The translations under genes were made by a program, and so were the position numbers. Source: Camelus ferus (lineage: Eukaryota). Taken from it: DNA of 64,000 nt. The stretch's first letter is position 1. Each line of letters begins with the position of its first letter. The DNA is taken from contig NC_045715.1 of NCBI RefSeq assembly GCF_009834535.1, positions 18,724,001 through 18,788,000 on the forward strand, in the 5' to 3' direction. Shown here in pieces: positions 1 to 10,506 of this stretch. The notes under the pieces were generated by a model. That model did not search any database. It saw only the letters and a program-made list of their open reading frames with translations, and was not told the origin of the DNA.

Positions 1-326
1 GCTAAATACACGTTCAGAAACGTGTTTTTTCCCTTGAAGATTTGAGTATTTTTGCACATTCATATTTATAATCTGAATTTATCTGTATCCTTGTTTTACT
101 GACAGCTACACAGCAACAGGCGTAGCAGAAGCCTTCTTTACCACTCTGTACTGAGAGGTGTAGAATAAGGGAGCAAAATTAAAATACACTTTGAATAATA
201 ATTCAAAAATTGCATTCCTCTCGTTAAATTCACATTTCTATACCAACAAAATAATAATAAAATAATACTGGGTGGCGCTAGTAAGGAAGACAATTTTGGG
301 ATGAACTTTGGCAGCTTTGACTTATA

Positions 327-797
327 CAGTTGGCCCTTCCTGTCTGTGTGTTCTGCATCCATAGATGGAAAGTATTTTTTTTTAAATTCCAGAAAGCTCC
401 AAAAAGCAAATCAATTTTGCCCTGCAACTATTTACATGGCATTTGCATTGTATTTACAACTGCTTATATAGCATTTACATTGTATTAGGTCTTTTTTTTT
501 TTTAACAGTTTTTATTGATTTATAATCATTCTACAATGTGTCAAATTCCAGTGTAGAGCACAATTTTTCAGTTATACATGAACATATATATATTCATTGT
601 CACATTTTTTTCTCTGTGAGCTACCATAATGTAGTAGGTCTTATAGGTAATCTAGAGATGATTTAAAGCATATGAGAGAATATGTGTAGGTTGTACGTAA
701 ATACTTTGCCATTTTATATAAGGGACTCAGCATCCTCAGAATTTGGCATCTACAGAGGTCCTGGAATCAGTCCCCTGTGGATATGGAAGAACAACTG
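327..797 (+). mobile_element. MER2-like TcMar-Tigger DNA transposon, interrupted by an L1 3' end
   Basis: Begins CAGTTGGCCC and ends CAACTG, with TA on both sides (325-326, 798-799). Internal ATTTACATTGTATTAGG...TAATCTAGAGATGATTTAAAG matches recalled MER2. Confidence 0.75.
494..629 (-). mobile_element. 5'-truncated young L1 3' end inserted in MER2
   Basis: Poly-T followed by the reverse complement of the L1 tail also seen at 18790-18975 and 33937-34122. Flanked by TGTATTAGGTCTT (481-493) and TGTAGTAGGTCTT (630-642). Confidence 0.8.
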
Positions 798-1906
798 TAT
801 TAATACCTCCAGCCAAACTAAGGACTCTGAATAGCCTCTGCTTTAAGCATCTCAGAGTTCTTGCATCACTATGATACTTTCATTCACATTGCTGTGTGGC
901 ACTATGCCAGGCAATTACATTAAAGATCACATTTATAATTTACATCAGGTAGTCACTACTACCTCTATTGTTGAGGTTGGTGGTTTTGGAGTTGTGGTGG
1001 AAATGGGAAGGTAAGTCTTCAACTCAAAGAGCCATTTTCCATTGTTGACCCTAGGACAATTAAGAATTCTAAGAATTATAAGCAATTTTCCTCTCTGAAC
1101 ATCTCAGAGACCTTGGTTCACTATAGTTCCTTTCATTTACATTAATGTCACCACACCAGAAAGGCAATATTATATTCACTTTATAGATGGGGAACCTGGA
1201 GTTCCTAGAATATAAGAAATAGTGCCAGTACTCTTGATTTACATAGTAGAAACTTGAACCCAGGCTTGTCTGGTTCCAAATTCCACGTTATTAGTATCTT
1301 TTTTTCCCCTCAGTGTCAGAATACTTTTTATTCATTTACATGCTCATTTTAAAAATCATTTTTGTTTCATATTAGTATCTTTTTATTTTCATTCTATGAG
1401 GTCCTAAAAGGCAAAAGACATGTTCGTTTGAAATCTGTCTGACAGCTTGCTCGAACCTATCTACAAACATAGTTTTGGGAGTGGTCTAAATACTTTTAAT
1501 TGTTTCAGATGCTAGAGTAATCTCCTTGGCACTGAGGAGAAATTAGAATGAAAAAGTAATGTACCAGGAATTGTAACCAAACTTCCTAATAATAGCTATC
1601 TAGGTGGAAAGTACTGCAAACAAAGATTAGCCAGATGACAAAAGAAAAAAAATCAAAGAACCAATTTTATTAAAGCTGTTTAAACCAGGTATTTATCTTA
1701 AATTTTTGGTTTTCATTTTTGAAGTGCTGATACAGATATAGAAAGACTGAATTTTAGAAATACTTAGATAACTAAGTATTTTTCTTGTTACAACAATATC
1801 AGTTCTGTAAATGTCTTCAAACAGAAAGGAAAGTGATTATAAATAATTGAAATAGTCAATAAATATGTTCATTGACTTCCTGAATTTTTGTTTCAGGAAA
1901 CCAAGA

Positions 1907-2863
1907 ATGGAAACACTGGTCACGAATCACATAAATGACAGTATCCCACTGGAGTTTATCCTCTTAGGCTTCTCAGATCAACCATGGCTGGAGTTTCTAC
2001 TCTTTGTGGTTTTCTTCATTTCTTATATCGTGACTATCTTTGGAAATCTGACCATTATTCTAGTGTCACGCCTGGACTCCAGACTCCATACACCCATGTA
2101 TTTCTTTCTTACCAATCTGTCACTCCTAGATGTTTGCTACACCACAAGCACAGTTCCACAACTGCTGGTGAATTTATACAGCACCAGGAAGGTAATTAGT
2201 TATGCTGGCTGTGTAGCCCAGCTTTTCGTGTTTCTGGCCTTGGGGGCCACTGAATGTGTTCTGCTGGCTGTCATGTCCTTTGATAGGTTTGTAGCTATTT
2301 GCTGGCCTCTCCATTACTCAGTCATCATGCACCAGAGGCTCTGCCTCCAGTTGGCGGCTGCGTCCTGGGTTACTGGTTTCAGCAACTCAGTGTGGTTATC
2401 TGCCCTGACTCTCCAACTGCCACTCTGTGGCCCTTATGTACTAGATCACTTTCTCTGTGAAGTCCCTGCTCTGCTCAAGTTGTCCTGTGTTGACACAACA
2501 GCAAATGAGGCTGAACTATTCCTTGTAAGTGTGTTATTCCATCTGGTACCCTTGACACTTATTCTTATATCGTATGCTTTTATTGCTCAAGCAGTGTTGA
2601 GAATCCAATCTGCTGAAGGTAGACAAAAAGCATTTGGAACATGTGGCTCCCATCTGATTGTGGTGTCCCTTTTTTATGGTACAGCTATCTCCATGTACCT
2701 GCAACCACCTTCAACCAACTCCAAGGACCGGGGAAAGTTGGTTTCCCTCTTCTATGGAATCATCGCACCCATGCTGAACCCCCTGATATATACACTTAGA
2801 AACAAAGAGGTAAAGGAGGCATTTAAAAGGTTAGTTGCAAGAGTTTTCTCAATCAAGAAATAA
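1907..2863 (+). CDS. OR2B6: Olfactory receptor, OR2B6 ortholog (318 aa from ATG 1907)
   Basis: OR motifs [46 protein letters not shown]. Segments [17 protein letters not shown] and C-terminal [11 protein letters not shown] match recalled human OR2B6. Splice acceptor TTTTTGTTTCAG ends at 1896, so the ORF-track ATG at 1865 is intronic. Confidence 0.92.
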   Translation: METLVTNHINDSIPLEFILLGFSDQPWLEFLLFVVFFISYIVTIFGNLTIILVSRLDSRLHTPMYFFLTNLSLLDVCYTTSTVPQLLVNLYSTRKVISYAGCVAQLFVFLALGATECVLLAVMSFDRFVAICWPLHYSVIMHQRLCLQLAAASWVTGFSNSVWLSALTLQLPLCGPYVLDHFLCEVPALLKLSCVDTTANEAELFLVSVLFHLVPLTLILISYAFIAQAVLRIQSAEGRQKAFGTCGSHLIVVSLFYGTAISMYLQPPSTNSKDRGKLVSLFYGIIAPMLNPLIYTLRNKEVKEAFKRLVARVFSIKK

Positions 2864-2864
2864 G

Positions 2865-3257
2865 TGTTACAAAGAAGAAAAACAGGCCCCAAACGGAGTC
2901 ACTTGTACTAAGCCCATGAAACCAAACCAGGACTTGATACCTAATGCAATTGCAGTCTTAACCCTCCAGGAATGTTTGCTTAGACAACCTGGAATTTCCT
3001 GGTCAGCAGTAAGTGAGGTAATCTGCCTAATAGGTCCTTCCCTTCCCCTTGGGAGGGCAATCTTGCCTGAAACAATGCATTTTTTCCTAATAATTTCCCT
3101 TTTTGCCCCACCTTTCTGCCTTTAAAAACCTTTCCTTTCTACAGCTATGCAGAGCTCTTTTTTGTTTGCTAGATGGGATGTTGCTTAATTCATGAATTGT
3201 TCAATAAAGCTAATTAGATGTTTAAAATGTACTCAGTTGAATCTCTGTTATTTAACA
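2865..3257 (+). mobile_element. Solo ERV1-type LTR (MER34-like)
   Basis: TGTT...AACA termini; AGGCCCCAAACGGAGTCACTTG..CTAAGCCC resembles recalled MER34-group LTRs; AATAAA at 3203-3208. OR2B-type 3' flank resumes after 3257. No clear TSD. Confidence 0.65.
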
Positions 3258-4049
3258 CAATGAATATGCAAGTGATAAGCTCTGTAAACGATTAATGTTT
3301 ATGTTGCTTACTAACTTCCAGTTGCCCTATTTTCATCATTCCTACAGAGAACCTTTGTGTTTATCTCCCTCAAATAAAATTTCATTGACAGAAAGCTACA
3401 TTAGTCTTCTTTTGCCTGAACATATTTATTGAACAGATATCCACAACTAGCCTTCCAGTTCACCAGAAACTGTGTAATCTGAACCTCTTCAAACTTTACA
3501 TCAATGTTTGTATAATTTGGTGTAGCTTAGACCCTTCTAAGAATATGGTAAAGGCCAGAAATCATTTCTCTGGTAATATCATACGTACACACGCACTCAG
3601 AAACACACATTTTTTCACACAATTAGAGGAGGTTTACCAAAACCCTAAAAAAATAACAACTTTAAATGAGGTTATCAACTCATGTTTAAAATTTTCAATA
3701 TCACTTCCATGTCAGCATAATAATAAAAACCAGTGATTTTTCTTCTAGATTGTGCTTGGATTTTCCATTCTCTATACTCAGGTTTTCCTCTTCATTGGAA
3801 ACATCCCTTTTTACTTCCTTTATAGATCAAATCCTAGGCATTTATTAGGCCTCACTAATTTTCACTTCCTTGAAATTTTTTTCATAATTCTCCCAATTAT
3901 CAATATTTTCCCTATTTTCTTAACCCCTAAAACACTTACAGCCTAGATTTTAAAATAGCACATCATATAGTGAGTTCCAATGATTTCCTGTTTCATACAC
4001 GTTTCTTGCACAACAATAGTTTCATTACATTTTAATCTCCTTAAGAGAA

Positions 4050-4450
4050 CATAGCAGTGACTTAGTCCTGCCCCAAACCCTCCACTGCAATTATTGTAAA
4101 GTTTAATCTGTTAATATGGCTTATAACTCCTTACATGATCACTCCAACCAATGCAAAACTTTCTTCACTTTCATTTGATGCCATGTGAGATTCATCCATT
4201 TTGATTCATTTTTTATCCTGTGGTATACTCCTTAGTATGAATGGACCACAGTGTATTAAGCAGGTCTCCAAATGATACTCATCTAGGTGATTTCCAATTT
4301 TCTGCTACCACAAATAAAGCTGTTATCAACATTGCTATACCTACCTCTTGGGTATATGAGCTAGAATTTTTCTATAGATGTGGAATTTCTGGGGCATAGT
4401 TATATGTAAATCTTCAAATTTACTATATATTGCCTGTTTCCATTTATTTG
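4050..4450 (-). mobile_element. Old L1M fragment
   Basis: Decayed antisense L1 motifs (GAGATTCATCCATT...TAGGTGATTTCCAATTT...AATAAAGCTGTTAT). Boundaries approximate. Confidence 0.55.
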
Positions 4451-5039
4451 TATTATTTTTATTTATTATGGAACTACATCACATAATTGTCAATAAACTA
4501 AAATATTTATTTATGGTAAATGGAGATGCATGAAGAAGAAATAAGTTATAGTTACCATTTTATATCCTATAGAAAAGTCAATACTGCAAATCATTTGCCC
4601 TTAGAGTACTCCATCAAAAATTTCCTATGCCTTTTATTCAAAATGTTCATTGTAAAAGACAGCAAGTCTTCAACATGATACATTTACTATCTCCTTATAG
4701 ATGAACTGATAAAACTGACAATTATTAATTGAGAAAGAACTATATGTTAACACTTTGCTAGGCACTGGGGATACAGCAGTGAATGCAATGCTTAATGGGA
4801 AGTGAATATATAGTAGAGTGGAAAACTAATGAGCAATTAACAAATACAATAGAATCAAGAACTCAATGTTTATCTTTTTCTCTGTCTTGAATAAGGTGGT
4901 AATTTTTGACACAATCTTGTAAGTTCCTCTTTCTAATCTTCCTTACTTTTCTTATGAAATGCTAAGGACAGATACATAACACTTATTGATGTACCAATTG
5001 TCTTTCACAATGCCTGCAAATATGTTTGATGAATAAAAT

Positions 5040-5680
5040 TTATTGAATTCCCAGAGTAATTGGCATTAGGAGTTTTTTGGAAATTGCTGCTGAAGATTGA
5101 GTAGAGAACAACAAAAAAGTCACTGATAGAGAATAGCTCTCCTAGATACTCCCACTGAATCCCTGCTCAACAAAATGCCGTCCATAAGCGAGGGAATGAT
5201 TATTCTAGTTATGTCAGGAAAGTTGAGATTTGATGGTGCGCATGCCATTAACGCGTAAAGCCTCAGGGCTGCTGAGTAGCTCTCAGAGGCAACTGTAAAG
5301 CAAAGAGAACATAATGACAGGAGCTGAGTCACGCTAGCTCTCCACTGCAATCAGTCCTTTATTGACTGTTTCTCCTCTAAGACAGATAACCCTAGAGATT
5401 GCTCCATTTTGTGAGTTATAATGAAACTGGCTTGAAACTTTTTAATGGCTGCATGCAGCATGGGGAGAACATGTTAATCAGTTCTGCTCTTCCAAGAGCT
5501 GGATCTCTGTGGACACGGAGAAAACAAGATCGTGGTTATCAATAGTTCAACTCTAATAGCCATTATAATGAGATCTCTAGGGTCTTGTTTTTCCTTCCAA
5601 CTTGTATTAAAGAGCAGCAGAAGTTGAAAAATCACTCTTTCTCTTGCTCTAGTTTTAAATGTTACTGATGACCTCATTAT
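5040..5680. promoter_or_regulatory. Candidate OR enhancer or strong promoter (Lhx2 homeodomain + O/E/Ebf motif cluster)
   Basis: TAATGA at 5312, 5419, 5566 and 5674 (reverse); AACTTTTTAATGG at 5436-5448; O/E-like TCTCAGAGG 5281, CCCTAGAGA 5390, TCTCTAGGG 5574; TCCCAGAGTAATTG 5049-5062. Confidence 0.55.
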
Positions 5681-8600
5681 GTTCATATAAACACGAAACA
5701 ATTGCAAAATATTTAAAGGTGGAAACAATGTACTATTACATACAGTCTTCTTCCAAGCTTACTCACACCGTTACTTTGAAAATGGCAAGAAGAAAATCAA
5801 GCTATTTAGTTAAAAAAAAAAACTATTTTCTTATACCCTCAGATTTCAAATATTATGAAACTGAAAATTATTTGCAATACAGTAGGAGAAAAATATCTCA
5901 TTGTTTTGATTTGTATTTATTTAATTACAAGTGAGACTAAAAATTTTTATAAGTTTGGGGACCATCTGTGTTGCTATTTTATTAAATTTTATCTCATTGT
6001 TCTTTGCCCATTTGTATTACCCAGACAAGTGTAATCCTTACTTATTTTTAAAAATTTATTTGTTGGAAAAGGCCCTTTGATTACTAAAAATATTTGCTCT
6101 TTGTTCCATGTATGTGTTGTAAATATTTTTCTCTGTTTTACAAACTATTAGTAGGCTTTTTCTAAGAACTTATTGAACCAGTGCGATTTGTTCATTGGCC
6201 ATAAAACTTGACTCCTATATTGCTTTTTACTTTAGTCTTATTTCTATACCTATAAAATGATACAATTTTAAACCCAGATAACATACAAGTTTTGCTTCTG
6301 AGATGAGTTTTTTAAGGGTCAGTCATTAGTTTCAAATAACATTAGTTTGGGGAAAAATGTAAGCTTTAATGTGTCACATCAGTGAGTACGATTAATGTTT
6401 ATTCTTGTGCCCGTCTTAGAGGAATCTCTCTAGACCTTAATTCACTGGTTGCAGAGATCATGTTATCATTTTGGAGGTTTTTGGGGGGCAAATTTACCTT
6501 CTCCAAAAGGTAATCAGTGTGGTTTCCACTTTTTGTTTGAATATAATTTAAAGACCATGAATGAATCAAATGCAGTCTATTTATTTTATATTTACTATAT
6601 TCCAGTAACCTTACCAATATAAGTGAAAATAAAAGTTACAAATCAGGTGACAAAGAGAAACATAATATACTTTCGCATTATCATTTTGAAAAATTATATT
6701 AAAATAGAAGGAAATTAGACTTTAAGATTCTTCCCTCAGAAGACAGACTAAATCTCATTTCAATTCAAGGATAAAAGGTGTTCAAAAGCTGTTCATATTT
6801 GCACTATGCTGCCAAACTTTGGTGTTGCCCCACCAAACACCAGGAATATTTTCTCATAGAAATAAAAGTTCAGAGTTTTAGGATATGGATAACTGTGGCC
6901 CCAGACAGAAACCAAGAAAAGAGATTTGATTCCCAATCATCTGATGTTATTCCAAGATTTCCCCTAAGAGTATACTCCTCTATTCCCTTCTGCAGCCCAG
7001 CCAATTACCCAAAGGAGTATGCAGTCCCTATGATCTCAACAAGAAAACATGTTATGTCAACTTGGAGGCACCATTTTTGATGCTAAGAAGTTAGTCCTTC
7101 GTTTTTCAGTCCATCTGGGTCTATAAGAGCTTCCTAATCTGCACTGGTTATCTTCTGAGGGCTTTAGCTGAGAGCTCCTGAAGCCTCCTGAAGGCTGGGT
7201 ATTCGGCCAAAATGGCAGGTAGACAGGGGATGAATGCTAATGCTATTTTCTATTTCAATTGCCTCTTTTTTCCATAATTTAACTAACCTATGGCAATTAT
7301 TCCATTTTGTGTTTTCTCTGAGGTAGTGATACACCATTATTCCATCACTCTAGTCAAATTATAAGAAAAAGGGATTCACATGGCATTTACAACTCTTTTA
7401 TCTTCAGGAACAAACAAGACTCTAACACAAGAAAGACGGTTTGGGGCTTGATTGTCATCTCCCTTCTTAACTTAAGATCTCTGTAACCACTTTTATATAG
7501 TACCTGGTGCATTAGACTCATATCATTCTATTGTTACTTTACCTATAGTAACTGCACAATCTTCTGTAAAATCCCAAGTAACAAATGCCAACCAAAGGGA
7601 AAAACATCAGTGTGGGTTCTCCCTATTAATGTTTTCACTTGGGAATGTTGAAACCAGGTAAGCCTAAATGATTTGAGAAAATTAAGAATATTTTCTTTTC
7701 TTTTGGTATACTGTATTTGGCTTTGGAAAATAAATTTAGTATAAGAACTGAGAAGTTGAGACACTTTCACCAAAAAACAAGTTTTTTATTTGAAAATCAA
7801 AATATTTGTGACAATTTATGTCCTACTCTGCCTTTATTTTTTCCCAGCTTACTAATTGAATATATATTATTAATTGAAGCAGTCTTTGATTCTCTAAATC
7901 ACACAGCAGTCTACATATTTTATAAGATCCATTTAATAATTTTAGTCCTTTTATTTATGCTTAAGTTGTCAAAGAATCAACATGACTAAGGGTTTAAGGT
8001 ACATTTCCTTTGCACCTGCTACTCTGCTGTTTTCACGTCTGTCTCCCTTTCACAGAGATGCCCATGTGAAATCCCTCAGAAATCAACTGCCTAAAAAATT
8101 TTAAAAGAATTCAAAATTTTTGTTTTCTTAGGTAAGCATGTGTTTGATGTCACAGAATAATTAAATTCCTCATTTTACCCTTCTCTGCATACAGATTTTA
8201 TAGGAGCTCTTCAGATAGTATTTTTAAAGAATGCTGGCATACTTCCCTAATATAGGGCATAGTTTGCATGGCAATGACCCAAGTTGATGTTATTATAAAT
8301 TATGGTAGAAAAAACTATGGTAGATATAGGTTTTTGTTTTTCAGGTAGCTAATCAATTCTGGAATTTTAGTAACTATTAATTACACAAAATAAAATTATT
8401 TTTCTTCATAATCATAAAGAAGGAAATGCTGGCATTTTTAACAAGAAACCAGAAGAAAAAGGTGACTTTTTATACTCAAAAAGTAAATATAATTTTTACT
8501 TAAATTTTCTTATCAATTATAATTATATTTAATTTCATTATTATCCTACTATTCCTTATTCCAAATATAAGTCTGATTTTATGAACCCAGCTCTTTTTAT

Positions 8601-9576
8601 TCTTTTTAGCCATAGTAGGGTCAATTTTTTAAATTGCTTTATAAAGTTAATCTTTATTTGCTACATTCTCCTTTTTCTCTCCATTCATCCATACTGCCAT
8701 GCACCTCTCCTCTGCAAGCTAATCATGTTGTTTTGATGTTTCTAAAAGGCTACCAAAAACAAATTATATCCAAAGTTGCCATTTTATTACTGAACAGAGT
8801 ATCCTCCCTGACTCTGGCAATCTAGGCTGCAGAATTATTTTTCTTTCAAAGAAATGAATGATAGAGATCTGAGTTGACAGAATTTCATGAGAATAAGACC
8901 TAGGAGTATCTAGTAGATACAATTATAACTTAATTCAAAAAGTGTCATTGACATTATGAAGTAAATGCATACTTAATACCACATTAATAAGATTATAATA
9001 GTCCAGGTCATGGTAGGCAATAGTTTCCCTGAACCTTGTGATTTTCAAATCATATCTTGGATACTGAACTCGGCCCTGGTTGTCAGATTTCCAGAAGGTC
9101 ATTGTCAACATGAGGGTATTTGGAAGACATCTACTAGGGTGATAATATGCCTGATTACCTTGTTATATGAAGAATCATCAAAGAAAATTGAATGTCTTGT
9201 CCTAAAGAAAATTTATTTTAAATGTGGTAGCTGCCTTTAATGGCTGTCATATAAAGAGAGATTAGATATGATGTATATTCAATAAAGTTAAAATATTTTG
9301 TCTTGTGAATAAGGAGAAACACTTCTTCTTTAATAAAAAGATGATGATTATCAGTCAGAATCTTCTAACTCTGAAATAATCTGCCTTACATGTTTGAACA
9401 AATGATGTACAGCTTATATGGCCGGGCAGACGCTATTCCAGTATTGGTTGGGTTGCTAGACTTGATGTCTTATATGTGTCTTTAAAATCCTGATATTCAA
9501 TGGCTTTCAGAAAACATAGATTAAATTTTCTTTATTTTATTCTTACCAGCTGTTCAGATGATGTGAAAGGAAGGCA

Positions 9577-10506
9577 ATGGAAAAATCCAACGACAGCTCA
9601 GAGTATGGTTTTATCTTAGTGGGATTCTCTGATCGTCCCAAACTGGAGATGGTGCTTTTCATAGTAAATTTTACTCTGTATTCAGTGGCTGTGCTGGGAA
9701 ATTCAACCATAATCCTTGTATGTATATTAGACCCTCAATTTCATACCCCAATGTACTTCTTTCTGGCAAATCTTTCCTTTCTAGATCTCTGCTTCAGTAC
9801 TAGTTGTATCCCACAGATGCTGGTTAACCTCTGGGGCCCTGATAAGACTATCAGCTATGCAGGCTGTGTCGTCCAGCTTTTCTCTTTCCTTTCTGTTGGA
9901 GGAATCGAATGCATCCTTCTGGCTGTCATGGCATATGACCGCTACGCTGCAGTCTGCAAGCCCTTGCACTACATGGTCATTATGCATCCCCAGCTGTGTT
10001 TACGACTGGTGGCTGTGGCCTGGGGAAGTGGACTAGTCAATGCCATTGTCATGTCCCCACTAACAATGACTCTCTCCAGATGTGGCCAGCGACGAGTTAA
10101 CCATTTCCTCTGTGAAATGCCAGCACTGATCAAGATGGCTTGTGTGGATGCTCGTGCAGTGGAAATGCTGGCCTTTACCTTTGCCATTCTCATTGTCCTA
10201 CTGCCCCTCACTCTTATTCTTGTCTCCTATGGCTACATCGCAGCAGCAGTGCTGAGGATCAAGTCAGCTGCTGGGAGACGGAAGGCCTTCAATACCTGTA
10301 GCTCCCACCTTACTGTGGTCTCCTTGTTCTATGGGAGCATCATCTATATGTATATGCAGCCAGGAAACAGCTCTTCCCAAGACCAAGGCAAGTTTCTCAC
10401 CCTCTTCTACAACCTGGTAACTCCCATGTTGAATCCACTCATCTATACCTTAAGGAATAAGGAGGTGAAAGGAGCACTGAAGAAGGTTTTGGGGAGGCAA
10501 CAATGA
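9577..10506 (+). CDS. Olfactory receptor, OR2W subfamily (probable ortholog of human OR2W4P by synteny), intact 309 aa
   Basis: N-glycosylation site [71 protein letters not shown]. Acceptor AGs at 9548-9549 and 9556-9557. Confidence 0.92.
   Translation: MEKSNDSSEYGFILVGFSDRPKLEMVLFIVNFTLYSVAVLGNSTIILVCILDPQFHTPMYFFLANLSFLDLCFSTSCIPQMLVNLWGPDKTISYAGCVVQLFSFLSVGGIECILLAVMAYDRYAAVCKPLHYMVIMHPQLCLRLVAVAWGSGLVNAIVMSPLTMTLSRCGQRRVNHFLCEMPALIKMACVDARAVEMLAFTFAILIVLLPLTLILVSYGYIAAAVLRIKSAAGRRKAFNTCSSHLTVVSLFYGSIIYMYMQPGNSSSQDQGKFLTLFYNLVTPMLNPLIYTLRNKEVKGALKKVLGRQQ

Noticed and set aside
1865-1906. ORF-track N-terminal extension [14 protein letters not shown] of OR2B6
   Set aside because: It overlaps the polypyrimidine tract and acceptor AG (1885-1896), so it is most likely intronic.
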